NCBI GenBank assembly: GCA_048938295.1
Contig: JBHLMI010000022.1
Span: forward strand, 1-32,000
DNA: 32,000 nt
Reading direction: 5' to 3'
Origin: Promethearchaeota archaeon
GTDB lineage: Archaea; Asgardarchaeota; Hermodarchaeia; Hermodarchaeales; Hermodarchaeaceae
Both the position numbers and the translations under genes were made by a program. Below the pieces are notes generated by a model that had not been told where the DNA came from, made no database searches, and was given only the letters and a program-made list of their open reading frames with translations. Below are positions 8,523 through 16,605 of the stretch, piece by piece (within the stretch, counting starts at the first letter, position 1; each line of letters starts with the position of its first letter).

Positions 8523-10556
8523 ATGTTTCCGTTTGCACAATGGCTTACATGGATCCTCCCAATACTGGGTGCGATTCTTATTGCTTTAATTGGATGGCTT
8601 GACAAGCGAATATCAAAATACATTGCAGTCATAGTTGGTGCAATCGCGGGTATATTCGCTATTTCCATGATTCCAGATATTCTCGCCCTACCCTCGCTGG
8701 GATTACCTTATCTTGAGTCCAATATACCATGGGTTGTCCTTCCAGGAGTTGCAATTTATGTTGGCGTTTTGCTGGATCCACTCAGCGTCTTTATGGCGAA
8801 CATAGCCGTCTTAATCGGCTTCTTAATCATCGTCTATTCTATGAGCTATATGGGTGAAGATAAGAGCCAAACCCGATATTATGCTCTGATTTTACTTTTT
8901 ATCGGCGCTATGGCAGGGTTAGTTCTTGCCAACAACTTTCTCCAGCTATTCATCTTCTGGGAAGTTGTAGGCGTCTGCTCTTATGCCTTGATTGGGTTCT
9001 GGTATGAGAAACCCGAAGCCGCAAGGGCAGGAATGAAAGCTTTTGTTGTTACTCGAGTGGGGGACGTGTTTCTCTTAATTGGAATCGTCTTCCTCTTTAC
9101 ACAAGTAGGATCATTCAACTACATTGTTATTCAAGACGCTGTGGAACTTGGATTGATTAGCCTATCTGCTCTTACCATGACCTCTCTTTTCACCTTTGGA
9201 GGGGCTATGGGTAAGTCGGCTCAGGTCCCCTTCCATGTCTGGCTTCCAGATGCTATGCAGGGTCCAACCCCAGTTAGTGCCCTCATTCACGCAGCAACAA
9301 TGGTGAAAGCAGGAATCTACCTGGTTGGTCGAACTTTCTTCCTTTTCGGTTCTGTCACGCTATGGCTTAACACGGTCATAATAGTTGGCGCAATCACCAC
9401 TATTCTGGCAGCTACTATTGCCTTAGTTTCAACAGATCTAAAGGCTGTTCTCGCATATTCGACCATAAGTCAACTCGGCCTCATCATGGCGGCACTAGGT
9501 GTTGGTACAACTCTTGGTTGGTTTGCAGGGCAAGCACATGTAATGAGCCATGCCATTTTCAAAGCTCTGCTTTTCCTTTGTGCTGGCTCTGTTTTACATG
9601 CAGTAATGACTAATGACATCAACCAGATGGGTGGTCTTCGCCGGAAAATGCCTATCACTTTTGCAGCTAGTTTAATTGGCGTTCTAGCACTCGCGGGTAT
9701 TTTCCCATTTAATGGATTCTGGAGTAAAGACCTCATTTTTGCAGCAACATTACAATCAGGTGCACTCATATCTCTAATTCTTCTTTGGGTTGCTTCTGTA
9801 TTCACGGTTGCCTATAGTTTTCGCTGGATCATCTTGATTTTCATGGGTAACCCACGTAATGAAGAAATTGGTACTCATGTTCATGAAAGTCCTAAGTTAC
9901 TCACCGTTCCACTCATGATCTTAGCTGTTGGAGTCGTTTTTTCTGCGTTTCTAATTCCCACTGGATTACTTGCTACATACTTCGATGCTCATATCCATTT
10001 CGAAATTGAATTAATTCCACTCTTACTTTCTCTGTCCACCCTTGTAATCGGTGGTATACCCGCTATTCTAATCTATAAGTACCGAAAACCCGCACCGGAA
10101 TTCTTTAGTCAGAATCGCATCACTCGTGCACTTCAAACCATATTGAGCAACGGCTACTACTTCGATAAGATTTATGACTGGATATTTGTTCGCGGCACTC
10201 TGCGTATCTTCAACTTCATTCTTTCACGCGTTGAACTTGGGACTATCGACCGATTCCACTACATCTTTGCTCCTAAAGTTGAAGCGGGAAGCCGAATCCT
10301 AGATCAGGTGGTCGAGTCACGAGGATCAAAAGGAGCGAATTACAAGTTTGCACAATTTATGGTGAAAACCTCGATCGCCAGCAACTACGTTGATGCAAAC
10401 ATAGTTGATGGAGCAGTAAACGGTATTGCCAAAGCAGGAGAGAAGGCTTCTAGAAGCCTACGCCGGGTGCAAACAGGCATTACTATGAATTATGTCCTGG
10501 CTTTTGTGGTTGGTATAATTCTACTGATACTCTTTCTTGTGACGTTGGTAGGGTGA
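8523..10556 (+). CDS. nuoL: NADH-quinone oxidoreductase subunit L with an extended lateral helix
   Basis: FWEVVG, GKSAQVPFHVWLPDAMQGPTPVSALIHAATMV, HAIFKALLF and GFWSKD. C-terminal YYFD...QTG helix followed by the final TM. Confidence 0.96.
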   Translation: MFPFAQWLTWILPILGAILIALIGWLDKRISKYIAVIVGAIAGIFAISMIPDILALPSLGLPYLESNIPWVVLPGVAIYVGVLLDPLSVFMANIAVLIGFLIIVYSMSYMGEDKSQTRYYALILLFIGAMAGLVLANNFLQLFIFWEVVGVCSYALIGFWYEKPEAARAGMKAFVVTRVGDVFLLIGIVFLFTQVGSFNYIVIQDAVELGLISLSALTMTSLFTFGGAMGKSAQVPFHVWLPDAMQGPTPVSALIHAATMVKAGIYLVGRTFFLFGSVTLWLNTVIIVGAITTILAATIALVSTDLKAVLAYSTISQLGLIMAALGVGTTLGWFAGQAHVMSHAIFKALLFLCAGSVLHAVMTNDINQMGGLRRKMPITFAASLIGVLALAGIFPFNGFWSKDLIFAATLQSGALISLILLWVASVFTVAYSFRWIILIFMGNPRNEEIGTHVHESPKLLTVPLMILAVGVVFSAFLIPTGLLATYFDAHIHFEIELIPLLLSLSTLVIGGIPAILIYKYRKPAPEFFSQNRITRALQTILSNGYYFDKIYDWIFVRGTLRIFNFILSRVELGTIDRFHYIFAPKVEAGSRILDQVVESRGSKGANYKFAQFMVKTSIASNYVDANIVDGAVNGIAKAGEKASRSLRRVQTGITMNYVLAFVVGIILLILFLVTLVG

Positions 10557-10562
10557 GTCAAG

Positions 10563-12023
10563 ATGGTTCTATGGGAAAATGCATTACTCATATTGATCGG
10601 TGGAGCACTCCTCGGCTCCCTCATCACGTACTTGCTTGGACGGTTCGGTTCAATGATTGTCAAAGGCTTTGCTGTAGCCTGGACAACCTTATTGTTCCTC
10701 TTCACAGGATTATTATGGCTAGGATTCAACCCAAGCACACCAGGATTCTCCTACCTAATTGATATTCCTTGGATACCAGCCCTTGGAATTACTTTCAAAC
10801 TTGGTGTTGACGGAATCAGTTTTCCACTTTTACTAGCAACAACACTTCTTACCCTAGCCGCGGCGATTGGGTCCATGACGCTAATCAAAGAACACGTAGC
10901 CATATACTACGGTACCCTCTTGCTATTAGAGGCGGCCCTCATGGGAGTTTTTATTTCACTAAACCTTCTAGTCTTCTTCATCTTTTGGGAACTCGTGCTA
11001 ATCCCCATGTTCATCTTAATCGGTGTATGGGGCGGTGCAAACCGCCGTTATGCCGCAATGAAATTCCTCATCTTTACCCATGTCGGCAGCATCCTGATGC
11101 TTTTAGGATTCATTATGCTCTTCCTCTTTGCAGGCACCTGGGATTTGACTTACTTCCTCACATCACCCATCCCCTTTGCCGTTGCACTGCCGATAATGAT
11201 CATTACCTTCATTGGATTTGCCGTGAAGTTACCCATCGTTCCCCTTCACACCTGGCTCCCAGATGCACACGTAGAAGCCCCTGCACCTATCAGCATTATT
11301 CTTGCTGGTGTCCTACTAAAAATGGGAGGATACGGCTTCATTCGAATTTCAATCGGCGTATTTCCACAGATTGCAGCTTTACTTGCTCCAGCCATCATGG
11401 GCTTTGGTATCATCACCATCTTCTATGGAGCCCTCGTCGCATTGAACCAACGGGATATGAAACGCATGATTGCTTTGACCAGTATCAACCATATGGGACT
11501 AGTCTTACTCGGAGCATTTACCTTAACAACAATTGGAGTGGCTGGAGCCGTTTTAATGATGTTCAATCATGCATGTGCAATTGGATTGATGTTTTTACTC
11601 ACTGGTGTTATCCAGAAACGTGCTGGAACCCGAAACATCGATGAACTTTCTGGCATGGGCAAATTGATGCCATGGACAGCTCTGTTCTTTGTCTTAGGCT
11701 CACTCGCGTCAATGGGAATACCACTCTTCGCACCGTTTGTCAGCGAATTCATGATCTTTACTGGAACACTTTCAATTCTGCCCATTCTAGTTTTTGTGAT
11801 CCTCGCCCCTGGAATTGTCGTTGCCTACTTCCTATGGACGATTGATCGAATAATTATTTCAGATCCCCATCCCGGAACCCGCATGCGACGAGCCCGCCTT
11901 AGCGAACTTATCGCGCTATTATTACTTCTACTTCCCATCATTCTCCTTGGACTCTTACCAGCTATGATGGTTGACCGAATAGTACCTGCTGTACAGCTCT
12001 TATTAAGTGGTGGAGGTTCGTAA
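10563..12023 (+). CDS. nuoM: NADH-quinone oxidoreductase subunit M
   Basis: FWELVLIPMF, VKLPIVPLHTWLPDAHVEAP, LLKMGGYG and FVSEF; canonical position between nuoL and nuoN. Confidence 0.95.
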   Translation: MVLWENALLILIGGALLGSLITYLLGRFGSMIVKGFAVAWTTLLFLFTGLLWLGFNPSTPGFSYLIDIPWIPALGITFKLGVDGISFPLLLATTLLTLAAAIGSMTLIKEHVAIYYGTLLLLEAALMGVFISLNLLVFFIFWELVLIPMFILIGVWGGANRRYAAMKFLIFTHVGSILMLLGFIMLFLFAGTWDLTYFLTSPIPFAVALPIMIITFIGFAVKLPIVPLHTWLPDAHVEAPAPISIILAGVLLKMGGYGFIRISIGVFPQIAALLAPAIMGFGIITIFYGALVALNQRDMKRMIALTSINHMGLVLLGAFTLTTIGVAGAVLMMFNHACAIGLMFLLTGVIQKRAGTRNIDELSGMGKLMPWTALFFVLGSLASMGIPLFAPFVSEFMIFTGTLSILPILVFVILAPGIVVAYFLWTIDRIIISDPHPGTRMRRARLSELIALLLLLLPIILLGLLPAMMVDRIVPAVQLLLSGGGS

Positions 12024-13493
12024 ATGCAACTTGCTGAATTGGTCACCTTGTTCAATACTCTACTCGCAAGCCCCTTCTTCCCCTTCATCGTATTTGCCAT
12101 TCTCGGATTGCTTACGCCTGTTATTAATCGGATCTTTCGAGGGAAAGTTACGGCTTACTGGCCTTTAGTCAGCCTAGGTATATTTGCCATACTGGTATTG
12201 CCAAGATGGGCAACTGTGCTTACTTCCCCCATTATGACCCCAAGCCTCCTCTTTGATAGTATTAGCCTTTTCTTTGTTACCCTGTTTATCGTTGTTGGTT
12301 TTGCTGTAACCATTGCTTCAATAGATTACTTCAGAGAAAATCACAATCAAGAAATATACTACACTTTGCTGCAATTGGCACTTCTTGGCATGATGCTAAT
12401 TTCTATGGCTGTTGACTTAATTGTCATGTTTGCCGGATGGATTCTGGTCGCCGTTACCAGCTACACCCTTGTTGTGATTCGTAAAGAGGATGCTAAGGGT
12501 GTGGAGGCAGGTGTTAAATACTTCATAATGGGTGCAGCATCCTCCTCCATTCTCTTTCTCGGCATCTCAATAACATACGGACTCACTGGAAGCACCCAAC
12601 TAGCAGAAATTTCTACAGCCTGGGCTGCACTCGATCCGAACCTTATTCCTCTCGCATTACTAGGCGTAATGCTGATTCTTGTAGGATTTGGATTCAAAAT
12701 GGGCATTACCCCGTTTCACATGTGGTTACCTGACACTTACGAAGGGGCCCCACAGCCAGTTTCCGCATTTCTCGGCGGAGGCTCAAACAAAGCTGCATTC
12801 GCTGCTGCTATCCGTGTCTTCATTTTGGGATTTTTAGTTTTCCGCTTCCAATGGACCGCTGCCTTTGCATTTCTAGCCCTAATAACTATGACGTGGGGAA
12901 ACATTGCAGCACTCTCCCAGAAAACCCTTCCAAGATTGCTTGCATACTCAGCTATTGCTCAAGCAGGATACACAATCATCGGTCTAGCTGCTCCAACGGT
13001 CTTAGGATTATCTGGTTTTATGTTTCACGCATTGAATGACGGGGTAGCCAAGACAGGAGCGTTCATTGCAGCAGCAGCCGTTGCATTTACTCTTTCGAAA
13101 ACCAAGCTTTCGGATTACAAAGGCCTGGGCAAGCGAATGCCAATCACTGCGTTCAGCCTAGCGATTCTATTATTAGCCCTAGCCGGTATTCCTCCGCTAA
13201 GTGGTTTCTTCAGCAAACTGATCCTGTTTACAGCTGCCGTTGAAGTTGGATTAATCTGGTTAGCTCTTGCGGGAGTCCTAAACAGTGCATTTTCCCTTGC
13301 ATATTATGGATGGATAATCAAACGAATGTATATGGATGAACCTGATGAATCAGATGCTGATCAAACAGTTAGAGAATCGCGTAAATTCCAATTCGCACTT
13401 GTTGCACTCGCTGCTGCCACAATCCTCATTGGACTATTTAGCGGTATAATTATCGGATACATCGAAACCATGGTAATTGGATTCTACCCCTAA
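12024..13493 (+). CDS. nuoN: NADH-quinone oxidoreductase subunit N
   Basis: EAGVKYFIMGA, FKMGITPFHMWLPDTYEGAP, RLLAYSAIAQAGY and AGIPPLSGFFSK (TM12 Lys). Confidence 0.94.
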   Translation: MQLAELVTLFNTLLASPFFPFIVFAILGLLTPVINRIFRGKVTAYWPLVSLGIFAILVLPRWATVLTSPIMTPSLLFDSISLFFVTLFIVVGFAVTIASIDYFRENHNQEIYYTLLQLALLGMMLISMAVDLIVMFAGWILVAVTSYTLVVIRKEDAKGVEAGVKYFIMGAASSSILFLGISITYGLTGSTQLAEISTAWAALDPNLIPLALLGVMLILVGFGFKMGITPFHMWLPDTYEGAPQPVSAFLGGGSNKAAFAAAIRVFILGFLVFRFQWTAAFAFLALITMTWGNIAALSQKTLPRLLAYSAIAQAGYTIIGLAAPTVLGLSGFMFHALNDGVAKTGAFIAAAAVAFTLSKTKLSDYKGLGKRMPITAFSLAILLLALAGIPPLSGFFSKLILFTAAVEVGLIWLALAGVLNSAFSLAYYGWIIKRMYMDEPDESDADQTVRESRKFQFALVALAAATILIGLFSGIIIGYIETMVIGFYP

Positions 13494-13512
13494 ACAAGTA
13501 GTAATAATCAAC

Positions 13513-14874
13513 TCACTCATTTGGTGGAGTTATTCGTAAGAACCGTCCAACGAGCGTGACAATATCAAGCACGGGAATGTCCAAGCCAAGCTTTTGCATG
13601 CCATGTGTGAGATTAAGCACACAGAAAGGGCAGGCTGTGACAACCATGGTTGCCCCCACATCCACGATTTCACCAACACGCTCCCACGCCATTCGCTCTT
13701 CTAAAGGCATCGCTGCCTTCTCTTCTTCGGAAAGTTCACGATACTCCTTTGAGAGCTTTTTTGCAGCAGCCTTTACTTGAGCAGGTGAACTCCTTGGTTC
13801 AGTATCATAGATTCGCTTTGCAGCAATTTCCAAGGCAAGCTCGGGAATACCAGCTTTGACTCCGCCTCCCGCTCCACAGCACCGAGAGTATTCTCGGGTG
13901 CGACTCATTTCAACCAGTGTAATGCCGGGCAAAAGATTGAGGATTTGCCGTGGAGCATCATAGACACCAACATGTCGACCGAGATGGCAAGGATCATGGT
14001 AAGCAACACGTTCTTTGATGCCTGGAAGAGGTTTAATGTCAATGTTTTCAAGAGCCTTGGCGAGTAATTGAGTAATGTGCTGCACTTTGAATGGGAGTTT
14101 TCCGTAGTATCGTGGCCAATCGAACACGGACGTTCGGAAACATCCCGAGCAGGAATAGACAACGAGTTTGACGCCTTTTTCTTTGATGGTGTCCACATTG
14201 TGTTGGACTAAATCCTTAACAACCTCAATTTGTCCAGTTCGGATGAGAGGGGAACCACAACACCGTTCATCATTCCCTGGTAGCACAAAATCAATATTAA
14301 GTTTATTGAGAATACGAGCCGTGGTGATAGCAAGATGCTGCATTTTATACGAAGAGGTGCATCCAACGAAGTAGGCAACATCAGCGACCTCAGCAACTTT
14401 TACATCGGCGGGAAGCCAATCCGTACGGGAGCGATGATCTTCGCCATACGGGTTAAACTTGGTTTTCACATTGTTCGGCCAGTCCCGCTGACGTTCAAGT
14501 GGACCAAAACCCTGTTTCACCATATCAGCGCGAACCGTTTCCCATAAATCGCAACTTTTTATCCGTGATTCACACACCGTTTGACATTGTCCACACACAG
14601 TACAAAGATACAGATCCTCAACGAACTTGTCGATTTTATTCCTATCAATGACACTTCCCCCTCGAGCACGCCCCATAATTCCATACACATGTTTGACCAT
14701 TTCTCGCAGATTTCGAATTTTTCCACGCGCTGTTACACCTTCACGTTGTAACTGATCAAAGACTGGACAGAACTTAACACATTCACCACAATCAACACAA
14801 GCATCCAGCTCCATCGCCTGCTTCCGCGTTAACTGTGGGAAACTAACCTTTTCCTTATTTGTGGTCACTCTCAT
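13513..14874 (-). CDS. hdrD: Heterodisulfide reductase catalytic subunit D-like (2x[4Fe-4S] plus two CCG domains), Methanosarcina-type
   Basis: MELDACVDCGECVKFCP, CTVCGQCQTVCE, YFVGCT, ERCCGSPLIRTGQ, YHDPCHLGRH, RCCGAGGGVKAG and ACPFC closely parallel Methanosarcina HdrD as recalled from memory. ATG 14874 has a GGGAG SD. Confidence 0.85.
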   Translation of the reverse strand: MRVTTNKEKVSFPQLTRKQAMELDACVDCGECVKFCPVFDQLQREGVTARGKIRNLREMVKHVYGIMGRARGGSVIDRNKIDKFVEDLYLCTVCGQCQTVCESRIKSCDLWETVRADMVKQGFGPLERQRDWPNNVKTKFNPYGEDHRSRTDWLPADVKVAEVADVAYFVGCTSSYKMQHLAITTARILNKLNIDFVLPGNDERCCGSPLIRTGQIEVVKDLVQHNVDTIKEKGVKLVVYSCSGCFRTSVFDWPRYYGKLPFKVQHITQLLAKALENIDIKPLPGIKERVAYHDPCHLGRHVGVYDAPRQILNLLPGITLVEMSRTREYSRCCGAGGGVKAGIPELALEIAAKRIYDTEPRSSPAQVKAAAKKLSKEYRELSEEEKAAMPLEERMAWERVGEIVDVGATMVVTACPFCVLNLTHGMQKLGLDIPVLDIVTLVGRFLRITPPNE

Positions 14875-15583
14875 CAACTCCCGTAATTTCCCGGATATAT
14901 TCCTCCTCCCACTTTTCTTCAATAGCACTGCGGACCATAATTATTGGTGCTGCAATGATATGCTGGAATTTTGAATAAAATAAAACTGCAATCATCGTCC
15001 AAATAATGAAACCGTGAATGATTCCATACCATCCTCGGATACCGATGACATACTCATATGAAAAAGCCATATGCCCTGATATTGCAATGGAAAGTAGTAG
15101 AATCAGTGGCAAGTAGTTATGGAGGTTTGTAACCGCCCGCCCCTCTTTCGAACCAATGCGACTCCCAAAAGCCATTATTACACCGATTACAAGCAATATA
15201 GTCAATACATCATGAGCAATTATTCGCATTTCCAGTGTAGCCCAAGGAAAGAGAATGGTTTCATTGAGCAAAATGAATCGAGGGATCCCATGGAAAAGAA
15301 GGAGACCCACAAATCCTACTATAATGAATCCATGTTTCACCCATCGATATACAGACTGACGTTTAATCGTTCCACCAAACGTCCAGTCAGAAATAACCGT
15401 GTTAATAAAAGCAGTGAGTTTGGTCCGAAAAGGTACATCAATAAGCCAACCAGCAGTATGCTCAGCAGGACCTTTATGCGGTTTCGTCCACCGGACAAGA
15501 ATACGAATGAAACCAATCGTAAAAAGGGCTAGCGCAATCCAACGATAGAAAAATAGAATTTGATATGCTAGCTCTTGTTGCAT
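14855..15583 (-). CDS. hdrE: Membrane di-heme cytochrome b (NarI/HdrE family), partner of HdrD
   Basis: About 5 TM segments, His pairs RWVKH...LLFH and IIH...YSKFQHIIAAP, and IKRQSVYRW motif. Directly upstream of, and overlapping, hdrD. Confidence 0.8.
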   Translation of the reverse strand: MQQELAYQILFFYRWIALALFTIGFIRILVRWTKPHKGPAEHTAGWLIDVPFRTKLTAFINTVISDWTFGGTIKRQSVYRWVKHGFIIVGFVGLLLFHGIPRFILLNETILFPWATLEMRIIAHDVLTILLVIGVIMAFGSRIGSKEGRAVTNLHNYLPLILLLSIAISGHMAFSYEYVIGIRGWYGIIHGFIIWTMIAVLFYSKFQHIIAAPIIMVRSAIEEKWEEEYIREITGVDESDHK

Positions 15584-15680
15584 AGTATCTCGCCTTTACC
15601 TCTATTCAATTCCTTCAGATTTTCATCAAAAGACTTCCCAATTTACTAATCACACTTCTTTTCAAGCAGTTTTGGAGCAT

Positions 15681-15736
15681 GAAAAAGAAGGGGGAAATTG
15701 GAGGGCTTGACAATAAAATCAGTAGCCCTCCAATTT
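15681..15736 (-). terminator. Hairpin + C-run + U-tract terminator-like element downstream of the DoxX gene
   Basis: Perfect 13-bp inverted repeat AAATTGGAGGGCT (15695-15707)/AGCCCTCCAATTT (15724-15736), followed on the minus strand by a C-run and TTCTTTTTC. Confidence 0.7.
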
Positions 15737-15754
15737 TATTCTGGTTTGGTAAAT

Positions 15755-16453
15755 CTATGTCCATAATCCTAAGAACCTTAGGAAGGCGTTTTTAGATTCC
15801 TGAAGCTTTGGACCGAGCCACCTGTCCACGCCTATGTATCGACCGGCTTGATACATTCCTACAACGAGGAATGCTAAAGCACCAAGGAAGTTGATACCAA
15901 AGGTGGAGACGCTTAGCCATCCCAGTAGGAAGAGGAATGACCATTGCATGAGAACTCCGCCCAATGAACCTAATCGAGTGAAGAACCCGAAGGTTATGGA
16001 CAGCCCGACAAGAAGTTCACCTATAGCGATAAGCATCAGAAAAGCCGTTGGGTTCAATAGAATTACCGTATTAAAGAAACCTTGAATATAGGGACTGGGG
16101 GCAGTTGAGGCAGCGAGATTGAGAAGGCCATAATTTGTTGGGTAGGCAGGATCGAGTAATTTTTCTAATCCGCCATGAAGGAACTCATAACCTAACGCTA
16201 ATCGCAATGGGAACAGAAATGCCAGCATTGGGAATTTATCTGGCCAGCCCCATCGCAAAAAGAAGAAGATAGGTACAAGAAGAATCGCTAGAATCACTAA
16301 GGGTGACAGAATTAAGCTGAGAGAGGGAACAAGGAGGCTGGGATCTGGCACTATCCATTGAGGTCCCAAAGCCAGAGCGATGATTACACCGAGAATTATT
16401 GTGACAACTACTGTGAAAATAAGAGCAATCCATTGATTTCGATTTATTTCCAT
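15755..16453 (-). CDS. DoxX/DoxD-family membrane protein (thiosulfate:quinone oxidoreductase small subunit-like) with two extra N-terminal TM segments
   Basis: LRLALGYEFLHGGLEKL, GELLVGLSITFGFFTRL and AGRYIGVD motifs. ATG 16453 has an AAGGAG SD. Confidence 0.8.
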   Translation of the reverse strand: MEINRNQWIALIFTVVVTIILGVIIALALGPQWIVPDPSLLVPSLSLILSPLVILAILLVPIFFFLRWGWPDKFPMLAFLFPLRLALGYEFLHGGLEKLLDPAYPTNYGLLNLAASTAPSPYIQGFFNTVILLNPTAFLMLIAIGELLVGLSITFGFFTRLGSLGGVLMQWSFLFLLGWLSVSTFGINFLGALAFLVVGMYQAGRYIGVDRWLGPKLQESKNAFLRFLGLWT

Positions 16454-16500
16454 TTTTATTTCTCCTTTAGAGGAAAGTGGTAAACGACAAATCAGATTTC

Positions 16501-16532
16501 CTTTTATATATTGCACTATTGTATTTGTGAAA
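16501..16532 (-). promoter_or_regulatory. TATA box (TATATAAA) of the DoxX gene with an adjacent imperfect inverted repeat TTGCAC-N10-GTGAAA
   Basis: TATA at 16510-16503, about 50 nt upstream of the ATG. The inverted repeat at 16511-16532 matches at 5/6 positions. Confidence 0.45.
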
Positions 16533-16605
16533 AATTTAATAAATAGACAAACATCGATTCAATTCTAGATAGTATACCAGTCGCTTTTTGTCAGCCTAAC
16601 GGGAA

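Noticed and set aside
13513-15583. Evidence of methanogenesis or alkane oxidation
   Set aside because: HdrDE-like proteins alone are insufficient, and no mcr, mtr or CoM/CoB genes are in the window.
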